This document shows, in pieces, positions 50,688 through 60,419 of a stretch of DNA of 64,000 nt. Where the stretch lies: contig CAVZMH010000015.1 in assembly GCA_963776345.1 (NCBI GenBank), positions 160,001 to 224,000 of the forward strand, given 5' to 3'. How positions within the stretch are numbered: position 1 is the stretch's first letter; every line of letters starts with the position of its first letter. This DNA is from an uncultured delta proteobacterium. GTDB lineage: Bacteria; Myxococcota; Myxococcia; Myxococcales; Myxococcaceae. Under the pieces are notes generated by a model. The model was not told where the DNA came from, did not search any database, and saw nothing but the letters and a program-made list of their open reading frames with translations. Made by a program: the position numbers and the translations under genes.

Positions 50688-51092
50688 ATGTCGCGCTGCG
50701 CGCTGATGCTCGGACTGATGCTGGCCTCGACGGCCAGCGCGGAGGAGCTTGCGCCGCGCACCCGCGCGCTGCTGCACGAGGCGCTGGAGGCGAGGCTCAC
50801 GCTGCCCACCGAGCCTCCGTCCCTGCAGCGGCCGGTGCTTCCGCCCACCCTGCCCGCTCCGGCGGCCGCCGCGGCGCGAGAGTCCAACGGCGCTGCGACG
50901 CAGGCCGCCGAGGCCTCCGTCGCCAACCGCGCTGCCCAGGACGTGGCCAACGGCAAGGGGCACGCGAGCGACGCCAGCGAGTCCACCCGGAACGCCGCTG
51001 GCCAGGCCCGCGCAGCCGAGGCCCGGGCGACGGGTGGAAGCGGCGCGACTCACGGGCACAAGGGCGGCAACGGGGACGGCAAGAAGCCGTAG
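50688..51092 (+). CDS. Small secreted low-complexity protein
   Basis: Signal peptide ending ASA; Ala-rich body; Gly/His/Lys tail. Confidence 0.6.
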   Translation: MSRCALMLGLMLASTASAEELAPRTRALLHEALEARLTLPTEPPSLQRPVLPPTLPAPAAAAARESNGAATQAAEASVANRAAQDVANGKGHASDASESTRNAAGQARAAEARATGGSGATHGHKGGNGDGKKP

Positions 51093-51156
51093 CCCCACGC
51101 CGGGACGCGCGACTCGCCCGCGCGGCTGAGCCCGCAGCCGCCTGGGGCGAGTCGCG

Positions 51157-51774
51157 GTGAGCCCCTGCAGTCTGGCGGTGCTCGCGCTGCTGCTCGCGGC
51201 GGGGCCCGGAACGCCCGCCTCGGAGCCGCACCTCGTCGCCGGGGCGGAGGCATTCCGCGCCGAGTCCTACACGAAGGCGCTGGTCGAGTTCCGGGTGGCC
51301 GAGGCGCTCGGCTCCGCCGAGGCCTCCTGGTACGCCGCCGCATCGCTCCTGAAGCTCGGGCGCGCCGAGGACGCGGTCGAGGCCTTCGTCCTGGCCGAGC
51401 GGAGCAACCGCGCCGCGGGCGACGCGCTGCTGGAGGTCTACCGCGGGCAGGCCTGCTACGCGGCGCGCCTCTACCTCTGCGCGGACCGCTGGTTCGAGTC
51501 CGCCGGCGCCCGCGCGGGTCCGCGGCTCACGCCCCAGCTCCAGGCCCTGCGGGCCGCCATTCGCGATGCGCTCCAGCCGGGGCAGCTGGACCCGGCGATC
51601 GACCGGCTCCTGTCCCGGGCCACGGAGCTGGAGCGGACGCGCCCTGCGCTCGCGTCCGCCTACGCGAGCGAGGCGGTGGGGCTCGCGGCCCGGTCCCCCA
51701 CCCGGCACCGACAGGCGGAGGCGACGGCGCTCTCCGGCCGGCTCGCCGCACCGCCGCCGAGGGGGAGCCGATGA
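51157..51774 (+). CDS. Secreted TPR-like protein
   Basis: Signal peptide; helical repeats (WYAAASLLKLGRAEDAVEAF); ATGA overlap with the next gene. Confidence 0.65.
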   Translation: MSPCSLAVLALLLAAGPGTPASEPHLVAGAEAFRAESYTKALVEFRVAEALGSAEASWYAAASLLKLGRAEDAVEAFVLAERSNRAAGDALLEVYRGQACYAARLYLCADRWFESAGARAGPRLTPQLQALRAAIRDALQPGQLDPAIDRLLSRATELERTRPALASAYASEAVGLAARSPTRHRQAEATALSGRLAAPPPRGSR

Positions 51775-53171
51775 CCGCGGTGCTCCTGCTCCTGCTCGCC
51801 GCGACCGACCCGTGCACGGCGCCCATCCCCTCCGGCGCCGTCGACCCGGCCGAGGCGGAGGTCTACGTGCGCGTCGGCGATGCCGAGCGGGCGCGCGGGA
51901 ACCTGGGCACGGCCCGCGAGGCCTACCGTGCCGCGCTGGCCCGCGCTCCTGGGTCCGTCGCCGCGCGGCGCGGGCTCGAGGCGGTCTGCGCCCCGGCGAC
52001 GGACCCGCTCCGGGCCGGAGCGGACGCCCTCGAGGGCGGCGACCCCGAGCGGGCGCTCCGGGAGCTGGCCGCCGCACGGGGGCGCGGGAACGACCGCGCG
52101 GTCGACCTGCTCGAGGGCATCGCCCGCTACCAGCTCGGACAGGACGCCACCGCCATCCCGCTCCTCGAGTCCGCCCGGTCCGACCCGACGCTCGCCGAGT
52201 CGGCCTCGTTCTTCCTCGGCCTCATCGCCCTGCGCCGCGGCGACGGCGACCGGGCCAGCCGGCTCTTCGATCAGGCTGGGCGCGCGATGGGGCTCGAGGA
52301 CGCCGCGCGCCAGCTCGCCCGCATGGCGCAGCAGGAGGGGCACCTCGTCCTCTCGGCGCTCGCCGAGCTGGTCTACGACACCAACGTCGCGCTCCGGCCC
52401 GATGGCGCGCCCACCACCCTCCCCGGGCCGGACGGAAGCGTCGGGCTGACCTTGATGGGGCTGCTCCGCCCATGGGGCACGCCCGGGCCGTACCTCCGGG
52501 TCGAGGGCCAGTTCTCCAAGCAGTTCACGCTCGACCAGTTGGACCTCCTCGGCGGGGCGGCGGCGCTGGGGCTCCGGCTGCTGGGGCCCACGGGCAGCCT
52601 CATCGGCGAGTATGCCTACACCTACCAGGCGCTCGACGGCCGCGGGTACCTCGCCGACCACCGCGTGTTCCTGGGTGGATCGCTCCTGACCGGCATCTTT
52701 CTCTGGGGCGCCGCGTACGCCGCGCACTTCGAGACCTACCGGTGGGAGGCGCTGAGCGATCAGTCCGGGGTGCGGCAGGTGCTGGAGCTCGACGCCGGGC
52801 TGCTTCCGGGCGCGGGGGTGCGGCTCACCACCGGCTACGCCGGGACGTGGGACGCGGCCCGCGTCGATCCACTCTCGTACCTGGAGCACGGACCCATCCT
52901 GGAGCTGGCCTGGGCACGGGGCCCCTGGACGCTCGGGGCCCGCGGGGCAGTGGCCTGGCGGACGTACCGGGCGCCGGACCCGAACTACGGCGGGGCGACC
53001 CGCGCGGACACGCGCTACGGCGCGACGACCTGGATCGACCTGGGCCTGGGCGCCCAGTGGTCGGTGCGTGGAACGGTGCGGCTGCTCCGGGTGGACTCGA
53101 ACGTCCCGGACCTGAACGCGACCGAGTGGGTCTTCATCGGAAGCGTGGCCTGGACGGGGGCGGTGCTCTGA
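51771..53171 (+). CDS. TPR plus C-terminal outer-membrane beta-barrel protein (Slam/DUF560-like)
   Basis: Signal peptide, TPRs, then YDTNV starting a series of amphipathic strands; SNV..Y-type motif (DSNVPDL) near the end. Confidence 0.6.
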   Translation: MTAVLLLLLAATDPCTAPIPSGAVDPAEAEVYVRVGDAERARGNLGTAREAYRAALARAPGSVAARRGLEAVCAPATDPLRAGADALEGGDPERALRELAAARGRGNDRAVDLLEGIARYQLGQDATAIPLLESARSDPTLAESASFFLGLIALRRGDGDRASRLFDQAGRAMGLEDAARQLARMAQQEGHLVLSALAELVYDTNVALRPDGAPTTLPGPDGSVGLTLMGLLRPWGTPGPYLRVEGQFSKQFTLDQLDLLGGAAALGLRLLGPTGSLIGEYAYTYQALDGRGYLADHRVFLGGSLLTGIFLWGAAYAAHFETYRWEALSDQSGVRQVLELDAGLLPGAGVRLTTGYAGTWDAARVDPLSYLEHGPILELAWARGPWTLGARGAVAWRTYRAPDPNYGGATRADTRYGATTWIDLGLGAQWSVRGTVRLLRVDSNVPDLNATEWVFIGSVAWTGAVL

Positions 53172-54415
53172 TGCGGCGCACGCTCCTGCCACTTCTCCTC
53201 GCGGTGCTGGGCCTGGCCGGGGCGGCGCTGGCCACGCTCAGCCTCCACCGGGCGGCCTCGACGGCGCTCCAGCGCGCCACCGAGGAACGGCTCCGCGGCG
53301 CCGGCGCCACGGCGGCGCGCACGCTCGAGCAGCCCAGCTTCGTGCCCGACGCCGCCTGGCTCCGGGCGGTGGTGGAGGCCAACGGCCTCGAGGGCGCCTT
53401 CCTGCTCGATGGGCGGCTCCGGGTGGTGCTCGATCCGGCGGGCGCGGCGGACCGCCCGGTGGATCTCCTGAGAATCGATGTCGCGCGCGTCCGGCGCGCC
53501 CTGGCCGGCGAGCCGAGCGTGTCACTCGGCTGGGCCATCGGCGAGGCACGGGTGGCCGCGGCGTACCTGCCGGTCCGGAGGAACGGAGCGGTGGACCGGG
53601 TCCTGGTGCTCGAGGGAGGAGAGGCCTACGCCGCACGCCAGACCGACCTGGACCGGGCGCTGCATCTCGGCTGGCTGCTGTCGGCCTGCGCCGCGGCGCT
53701 GACGGCCCTGGTGGCGGCGGGCTGGGCGGCGGCGGAGCGGCGGGAGCGCGAGCTCGCCACCCGCGCGGCCCGGGGCGCGGCGGTGGCCCAGCTCGCGGCG
53801 ACGGTGGCGCACGAGGTGCGGAACCCGCTGGGCGTCATCCGCGGCACGGTGGAGCTGATGGCCGAGCGCGGGCGACTGAACGAGCGCGACACCGAGGCGC
53901 TGGAGGACATCCTCGGCGAGGTGGCCCGGCTCCGGAGCCTGACCGACGACTTCCTCGATCTCTCCAGCGACCGCCCACTCGCCGGCGTCGACCTGGAGGT
54001 CGCGTCCTTCCTCGACGAGGCCGCCCGCGCCGGGCGGGCCGCGACGGGGCTGGCCATCAACGTCGATGCGCCGCCGGGGCTCCACGTCCAGGGAGACAGC
54101 GGGCGGCTCCGGCAGGTGCTCCTCAACCTGGTGGCCAACGCGGCGCGCGCCGGGGCGCACCGGGTGCGGTTCCAGGCCGGGGCGGACGGGGGCCGGATCC
54201 GGCTCGACGTCGCCGACGACGGGCCCGGAATCCCCGAGGAGATCCGCCCCCGGCTCTTCGAGCCCTTCGCCACGACCCGCCAGGACGGCAATGGACTGGG
54301 GCTGGCGGTGAGCCGACGCATCGTGGAGCGCCACGGGGGGAGCCTCTTGCTCCTGCCCGCCGGGCCGGGCGCGACCTTCCGCATCGAGCTGCCGCGCGCA
54401 GAGGAGAACGGCTGA
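53171..54415 (+). CDS. Membrane sensor histidine kinase
   Basis: Two TM segments; VAHEVRNPL, NLVANA, DDGPGI, FEPF, GNGLGL. Confidence 0.93.
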   Translation: MRRTLLPLLLAVLGLAGAALATLSLHRAASTALQRATEERLRGAGATAARTLEQPSFVPDAAWLRAVVEANGLEGAFLLDGRLRVVLDPAGAADRPVDLLRIDVARVRRALAGEPSVSLGWAIGEARVAAAYLPVRRNGAVDRVLVLEGGEAYAARQTDLDRALHLGWLLSACAAALTALVAAGWAAAERRERELATRAARGAAVAQLAATVAHEVRNPLGVIRGTVELMAERGRLNERDTEALEDILGEVARLRSLTDDFLDLSSDRPLAGVDLEVASFLDEAARAGRAATGLAINVDAPPGLHVQGDSGRLRQVLLNLVANAARAGAHRVRFQAGADGGRIRLDVADDGPGIPEEIRPRLFEPFATTRQDGNGLGLAVSRRIVERHGGSLLLLPAGPGATFRIELPRAEENG

Positions 54416-55755
54416 TGGGTGACATCCTGGTGGTGGACGACGAGCCGAAGCTGGGGAAGCTGGTCGCCGAGATGCTCGAGCTGGACGGGCACCACGTCCA
54501 GCGCGTCGGGAGCGGCAAGGACGCGCTCTCGGCCATGGCCAACTTCGCGATGGACGTGGTGGTGACCGACCTCCGGATGCCGGAGGTGGACGGGCTGGCG
54601 GTGCTCACCGTGGCGGTGAGGCAACCGGACCCGCCCGACGTGGTGCTGATGACCGGGCACGCGAGCACCGAGAGCGCGGTCGAGGCGATGAAGCGCGGCG
54701 CGGCCGACTACCTGTCCAAGCCGTTCTCGATGGACGAGCTCCGCGTCCGGGTGAAGCGGCTCTGCGAGCAGCGCGCCCTGCGCCGCCGATCGTCCGCGCT
54801 GGTCGAGCGGCTGACCCCGTCCCTGGTGGGGGAGAGCCCGGCGATGAGCGCCACGCTCGAGGCGGCGATGCGGGTCGCGCCGACCGCGACCACCGTCCTA
54901 CTCCTCGGCGAGAGCGGGACCGGCAAGAGCCAGATCGCCCGCCGCATCCACTACGCCAGCGCGGTCTCCACCGGCCCCCTGGTCGAGGTGCACTGCGCGG
55001 CGCTGCCCGAGGCGCTGCTCGAGTCCGAGCTCTTCGGGCACGAGAAGGGCGCCTTCACCGGGGCGCAGCTGCGCCGCCTCGGCCACCTCGCGGCCGCCGA
55101 GGGTGGCACACTCTTCCTCGACGAGATCGGGGAGATCACCCCCGCGACGCAGGTGAAGCTGCTCCGGTTCCTGCAGGACCGCGTCTACGTGCCGCTGGGG
55201 AGCACCACCGAGCGCACGGCGAACGTGCGCATCCTCGCGGCCACCAACCGGGACCTCAAGGCGGCGGTCGGCGCGGGCACCTTCCGGGAGGACCTCTACT
55301 ATCGCCTGAACGTGTTCAGCATCGTGGTGCCGCCGCTGCGGGAACGCCCCGAGGACGTGCTCCCGCTGGCTGTGCGGTTCCTCGCCTCGCGCGGCGTCCC
55401 GGAGGAGCGTCTCTCCGCCGGCGCCCGCTCGCGCCTCCAGATGCACGGATGGCCGGGGAACGTGCGCGAGCTGGAGAACGTGCTGGAGCGCGCGCTGATC
55501 CTCGCGGGGGAGACGCCGATCGGGCCCGAGCACCTGACGCTGGGGGTGGCGCCGCGCAGCAGGAACGTCGTCTCGGAGCTCCTGGTCCCGGGCTTCGACC
55601 TGGACGGCTTCGAGCGGGAGCTCCTCCAGGCTGCGATGGAGCGCGCGGGCGGGAACAAGAGCGCTGCGGCCCGGCTCCTCGGCATCACCCGGCGCCGGCT
55701 CTACTCGCGGCTCGACAGCCTGGCTGCGGGTCAGGACGGCGACAGCGAGGGCTGA
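54415..55755 (+). CDS. sigma54-dependent NtrC-family response regulator
   Basis: REC (VVDD, TDLRMP), [33 protein letters not shown], Fis-type HTH. Confidence 0.95.
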   Translation: MGDILVVDDEPKLGKLVAEMLELDGHHVQRVGSGKDALSAMANFAMDVVVTDLRMPEVDGLAVLTVAVRQPDPPDVVLMTGHASTESAVEAMKRGAADYLSKPFSMDELRVRVKRLCEQRALRRRSSALVERLTPSLVGESPAMSATLEAAMRVAPTATTVLLLGESGTGKSQIARRIHYASAVSTGPLVEVHCAALPEALLESELFGHEKGAFTGAQLRRLGHLAAAEGGTLFLDEIGEITPATQVKLLRFLQDRVYVPLGSTTERTANVRILAATNRDLKAAVGAGTFREDLYYRLNVFSIVVPPLRERPEDVLPLAVRFLASRGVPEERLSAGARSRLQMHGWPGNVRELENVLERALILAGETPIGPEHLTLGVAPRSRNVVSELLVPGFDLDGFERELLQAAMERAGGNKSAAARLLGITRRRLYSRLDSLAAGQDGDSEG

Positions 55756-55805
55756 TCAGTCGACGAGCGTTGCCCGGAGCGTGGGCGCAGGGTGCGGAAA
55801 CCACC

Positions 55806-56291
55806 TCAGCCAGCCCGGCCGAGCAGCTCGTCTTTCCACCGAGCGAGCAGCCGTTCCGACCTCGGCCCCGAGGGGGTGACGACCAGCTCGCGGCGGTCCT
55901 CGGCGGGCTCCTCCAGGACGACCCGCAAGGCGTCGGATGGCGCGGCGCCGGGCACGCGGTCCACCCACTCGACGAGCGTCGCCCCGGGGCCGTCGCGCAG
56001 CTCGTGGAACCCCGTCCCGTCGAGGTCCGCCGGGCCGGTCAGCCGGTAGAGGTCGGCGTGGGTCAGCAGGATGCGCCCGTGGTGCTGGTGGACGATGGAG
56101 AACGTGGGGCTGGTCACGTCCTCATCGCGGAGGCCCACGCCCCGGGCGATGCCCCGCGCGAGCTCGGTCTTCCCCGCCCCCAGCTCTCCGATCAGGCCCA
56201 CGAAGTCGCCCTCCTGGAGCACGCAGCCCAGGGCCTCGCCGAGGGCGCGGGTCTCGGCCGGCGAGGCCGAGGAGAAGCTCACCGTCCCCAT
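55806..56291 (-). CDS. tsaE: tRNA threonylcarbamoyladenosine biosynthesis ATPase
   Basis: GELGAGKT, VTSPTF, HADLYRL, VEW. Confidence 0.93.
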   Translation of the reverse strand: MGTVSFSSASPAETRALGEALGCVLQEGDFVGLIGELGAGKTELARGIARGVGLRDEDVTSPTFSIVHQHHGRILLTHADLYRLTGPADLDGTGFHELRDGPGATLVEWVDRVPGAAPSDALRVVLEEPAEDRRELVVTPSGPRSERLLARWKDELLGRAG

Positions 56292-57790
56292 GCGGTCCAC
56301 ACCTCGCCCAGCGCGGCGGTCAGGTCCGAGGCGATGAGGCCCAGGCGGCCCCAGCGCCGGGCCGCTGCATCCCCCGCGAGGCCGTGCGCGAGCACACCCA
56401 CGCTCGCCGCGTCCACCGGCGCGAGCCCCTGGGCGAGGAACGCGCCGATCATCCCGGAGAGCACGTCTCCGGTTCCGCCCGACGCCATGCCCGGGTTCCC
56501 GCTGGGATTGACCCGGAGCTGTCCCCCGGGCTCGGCGACCAGGGTCCGCGCTCCCTTGAGCACCACCACCGCCCGGTGCGCGCGGGCGAAGGCGCTCGCG
56601 GTCCCGGCGCGGTCCACCTGGACCTCGCTCACCGGGCGCCCGGTCAGCCGCGCCATCTCGCCCGGGTGCGGGGTCAGGACGAGCGGCGCGTGGCTCCGCT
56701 GGAGCAGCTCCGGGTGTCCGGCGAGGGCGTTGAGCCCGTCGGCGTCGATCAGCACCGGGACGTGGAGCCGGACGAGCAGCTCGCCGAGCAGGGCGTGCGT
56801 CTCGGACCCCCGCGGGATGCCAGGCCCGATGACCAGCGCGTCCTTCCCCTCGGCGGCGGCGAGGAGGACGTCGAGGTGCGTGGGCCCGAGGACCGCGGAC
56901 GCCGGAAGCGCGACGCCCATCAGCTCGGGCGCGTGGCCCTGGACGTCCGAGAGCGCATCGACCGGTGTGGCCACGGTGCACAGGCCCACCCCGCTCCGGA
57001 GCGCGGCGAGGCCGGCGAGCGCCGCGGCCCCGCTCTTCCCGCGGCTGCCGGCCACGACCAGGAGATGTCCGTAGGTGCCCTTGTTGGTGTCCGACCGGCG
57101 AGGCGGGAGCCACCGTGGCCCGTCGGACGGCTCGAGCAGCCAGGTGGAGGGCGAGAGCTCGGCGAGCCCGATGTCCACCACCTCCACGCATCCGGCGAGC
57201 GTCGCGCCGGGCTCGAGCGCCAGGCCCAGCTTCCGGGCGCCGAAGGTGACGGTCAGGTCCGCCGCCACGCAGGGGTCGAAGGCGCGGCCGGTGTCGCTGG
57301 AGAGGCCCGACGGGAGGTCGACGGCGAGCACGCGCACGCCCTCGGCGCGCCAGCGGAGCATGTGCCGGATGGCGTCGGCGGCCTCGCCCTCGGGCGCGCG
57401 CGCGAGCCCGATGCCGAACAGCGCGTCGATGACCACGTCGACCGCGCGGAGCGGAAGCGCAGCGGCGGAGGAGTGCACCGGCACCCCGGTCTGCTCGAGC
57501 GCGGCGTGGTTCCGGGCGGCGTCGCCCTTCAGCCGTGAGGCGTCGGCCACCCGCCAGACGTCCACCTGCCGGCCCGCGGCGTGGAGCTTCCGTGCGGCGA
57601 CGTACCCGTCCCCGCCGTTGTTGCCCGGCCCGGCGACGACCAGGAATCGCCCCGACGGACCCGCGAGCCGCACCGCCCCCTCGGCGACCGCCGTCCCCGC
57701 GTTCTCCATCAGGATGGACGCTGGCAGTCCGCGGCGCTCGGCCTCGGCCTCGGCGGCGCGCGTCTCGGCGGCGGTCAGGAGGGGCTGCAT
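56279..57790 (-). CDS. nnr: Bifunctional NAD(P)H-hydrate epimerase/dehydratase
   Basis: LMENAG, GPGNNGGDG, DALFGIG, DLPSG, NKGTYG, TPHPGE, GGTGDVL. Confidence 0.95.
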   Translation of the reverse strand: MQPLLTAAETRAAEAEAERRGLPASILMENAGTAVAEGAVRLAGPSGRFLVVAGPGNNGGDGYVAARKLHAAGRQVDVWRVADASRLKGDAARNHAALEQTGVPVHSSAAALPLRAVDVVIDALFGIGLARAPEGEAADAIRHMLRWRAEGVRVLAVDLPSGLSSDTGRAFDPCVAADLTVTFGARKLGLALEPGATLAGCVEVVDIGLAELSPSTWLLEPSDGPRWLPPRRSDTNKGTYGHLLVVAGSRGKSGAAALAGLAALRSGVGLCTVATPVDALSDVQGHAPELMGVALPASAVLGPTHLDVLLAAAEGKDALVIGPGIPRGSETHALLGELLVRLHVPVLIDADGLNALAGHPELLQRSHAPLVLTPHPGEMARLTGRPVSEVQVDRAGTASAFARAHRAVVVLKGARTLVAEPGGQLRVNPSGNPGMASGGTGDVLSGMIGAFLAQGLAPVDAASVGVLAHGLAGDAAARRWGRLGLIASDLTAALGEVWTAWGR

Positions 57791-57868
57791 CGGTGGGCGA
57801 GGAAGCGTGCAGCCGAAGCGGCGGAGTCGCAAGTTCACCCCGCCGTTCCGTCGCCCCCGGCGCCCAGC

Positions 57869-60307
57869 TCAGTCCGGCGGGCGCAGGTTCGCCGGGGAGA
57901 CCTCGCTCGAGGACGCCCGTGCGAGCCAGCCCACGAACCGGGCGTCGCCACCGAGCGTGCGCCAGGCGGGATCGGAGCGGATCGCGCTGACCGAGTCGGG
58001 GGTGAGGCCGTGCGCGGATGAATCTTGCAGATGGGCGAGCGCTGCCTCTCGCTGCCCGCGCTCCAGCGCCACCAGCCCCAGCTCGGCGAGGATCCACGCC
58101 CGGTCGGGATTGTCCGAGACGACGGTGCGCTTCTGGGTCGCCAGCGCGTCCTGGAGCAGACGCTCACCCTCGTCGAGCCGGCCGTGGCGGATGCAAAAAC
58201 CAGCGAGCTTGACCATCGTCTCCAGGGTGAAGGGGTGCTCGGCCCCGAGCGCGCGCCGCTCCGTCTCGAGCGTCTGGCGGAGGAGCTGCTCGCCCTCCTG
58301 CACCAGCCCCTCCCGGGTGAGGACCCATCCCAGGTTGGTCTCGTTCCCCAGCGTGTCGGGATGCTCCGGGCCGAGGATCCGCCGCTGGTCCTCGAGCACC
58401 TCGCGGAAGGTCTGCTCGCTGTCGGCGAGCCGGTGCTGCTGCCCACGAAGGATGCCGATGTTGGTCAGCGTGTTCAGCGTGCTCGGGTGGTCCGGCCCGA
58501 ACACATGCCGCTTGCCCTCCAGCGCCCGCTGGAGCAGCACCTCGGCCTCGTCGAGGCGGTTCGCCCGGAGGTACACCTGGGCCAGGTTGTTGTCGGACAT
58601 CAGGGTGAAGCGGGCATCCTCTCCGCTGCGCCGACGGCGGGTCTCCAGTACCTGCCCGAGCATGCGCTCGGCTCCCTCCAGCTTGCCTTCGAAGAAGAGC
58701 AGCAGCCCGAGGTTGTTCATCGCCGAGAGCGTCCGCTCGTCGGTGGGCCCGAACACCCGGCGCTTCCGCTCCAGGGTGTCGCGGGCGAGCGACTCGGCCT
58801 GGGGATAGAGCCCTAGCTGCTCGTAGACGATCAGCAGCTCCTCGGCGGCCCCGAGCGCCTCCGGATGGTCCGGGCCGAGGGCGGTCCGCGCCACCTCCAG
58901 CGAGCGTTCCTGGATGGCACGCGCCCGGCCCAGCAGCCCGAGGTTGGTGAACACGTCCCCGATGGTGGTCATCATCCTGACCTGGAGCTCGGGGTCGGTC
59001 GCCAGCCCCGACTCGACGTCCTTCGACGCCCGGTCGAGGATCTCCCTTGCGGTGATGGTGTTGCCGCGTGCCTCGCTCGGGTCGGCGACGCGGAACATCC
59101 GGGTGAGGAACTCCGAGACGTGCCGTGCGGCGGCCGCCTCCCGGTTCGCCCGGTCGCGCTCCAGGGCCGTCCGGCGCGCCTGGAGCCCCATCGCGACGGC
59201 GAAGGCCAGGAGCAGCACTGCGAGCCCCGACGCCAGCCCCACCCCGAGCCGATGCCGCTGCACGTACCGCTTCGCCCGGTAGGCCCGGCTCGGAGGACGG
59301 GCCAGGACCGGCTCACGCCGCAGGTACCGCCGGAGGTCGGCGGCCAGCTCGGACGGCGTTCCGTACCGGCGCGAGCGCTCCTTCTCCAGCGCCTTGAGGG
59401 TGATGGCGTCGAGGTCCGAGTCCAGCTGCCGGCGCCACGTCTCCGGGTCGGTCCCGCGGTTCCGGGCCGCCTCGACCGCCGCCTCCCCGAGCGTGCCCAG
59501 ACGGACGCTCGGCTTCGGCGGCTCGTCCTCGCGGAGCTTGCGGCGCAGCTCCTCGATGCTCGACGCGCGCAGCTCCTCCGAGGGGAAGGGCAGCGTCCCG
59601 GTGAGCAGCTGGTAGAGAACGACCCCCAGCGCGTACACGTCGGTCCGGGTGTCGACGTCCTCCCCGGTCGCGTCGGCCTGCTCGGGGCTCATGTACTCGG
59701 GGGTGCCGATGACCGACCCCACCGCGGTGAACAGCGTCCTCTCGGTGAGCCGGAGGCCCGTGGCCTTGGCGATCCCGAAGTCGATGATCTTCGGCTGGGC
59801 CTTCCCGCCCACCATCGAGATCAGGATGTTGGAGGGCTTGAGGTCGCGGTGGATGACCGCCTTCTGGTGCGCGTGCTGGACCCCCTCGCACACCTCGGCC
59901 AGCAGCTCGATCCGCGCGGCGGTGGAGAGGTGGTGAGTGTCGCAGTGCTCGGTGATGGGGAGGCCCTGCACGTACTCCATGACCACGTAAGGCCGGCCCT
60001 CCGGAGTCGCCCCCCCGTGGAAGATCCGGGCGATCGCCGGGTGGTCCATCAGCGCCAGCGCCTGGCGCTCCGACTCGAAGCGGGCCACCACCTCCTGGCT
60101 GTCCATGCCCGCCTTGATGACCTTCAGGGCCACCTGGCGCTGGACCGGCGAGAGCTGCTCCGCGAGCCAGACCTCTCCCATCCCGCCCTCGCCGAGGCGG
60201 GACTCGAGCCGGAACCCGTCGAAGGCGCGGCGCGTCCCCTCGCCGATCGGGTCGCCGCCGGGCAGCGTGTCGTGATGCGCGAGCGTCGGATCGCCCAGGC
60301 CAGCCAT
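57869..60307 (-). CDS. Hanks-type Ser/Thr protein kinase with TM helix and TPR repeats
   Basis: LGEGGMGEV, VALK, HRDLKPSN, DFG, GTPEYMSPEQ; TM segment; repeated LGPDHP.TL..M.NL TPRs. Confidence 0.95.
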   Translation of the reverse strand: MAGLGDPTLAHHDTLPGGDPIGEGTRRAFDGFRLESRLGEGGMGEVWLAEQLSPVQRQVALKVIKAGMDSQEVVARFESERQALALMDHPAIARIFHGGATPEGRPYVVMEYVQGLPITEHCDTHHLSTAARIELLAEVCEGVQHAHQKAVIHRDLKPSNILISMVGGKAQPKIIDFGIAKATGLRLTERTLFTAVGSVIGTPEYMSPEQADATGEDVDTRTDVYALGVVLYQLLTGTLPFPSEELRASSIEELRRKLREDEPPKPSVRLGTLGEAAVEAARNRGTDPETWRRQLDSDLDAITLKALEKERSRRYGTPSELAADLRRYLRREPVLARPPSRAYRAKRYVQRHRLGVGLASGLAVLLLAFAVAMGLQARRTALERDRANREAAAARHVSEFLTRMFRVADPSEARGNTITAREILDRASKDVESGLATDPELQVRMMTTIGDVFTNLGLLGRARAIQERSLEVARTALGPDHPEALGAAEELLIVYEQLGLYPQAESLARDTLERKRRVFGPTDERTLSAMNNLGLLLFFEGKLEGAERMLGQVLETRRRRSGEDARFTLMSDNNLAQVYLRANRLDEAEVLLQRALEGKRHVFGPDHPSTLNTLTNIGILRGQQHRLADSEQTFREVLEDQRRILGPEHPDTLGNETNLGWVLTREGLVQEGEQLLRQTLETERRALGAEHPFTLETMVKLAGFCIRHGRLDEGERLLQDALATQKRTVVSDNPDRAWILAELGLVALERGQREAALAHLQDSSAHGLTPDSVSAIRSDPAWRTLGGDARFVGWLARASSSEVSPANLRPPD

Positions 60308-60419
60308 GTGACGCACGACAGTGGAGGATCCCCGCTCCCGTCAATTCGCCTCGACCCGTTGGTGACGCAACACGGTGCCATCTTGGGCTCCGGGGGCCGA
60401 TCCACTACCGTCGACCCCC

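Noticed and set aside
58150..58900. Periodic ~126-bp similarity inside the kinase gene
   Set aside because: Explained by 42-aa TPR repeats, not a DNA repeat array
60366..60380. sigma54-like TGGCACCGTGTTGC on the minus strand upstream of the kinase
   Set aside because: GG-to-GC spacing is 9 nt, not the required 10
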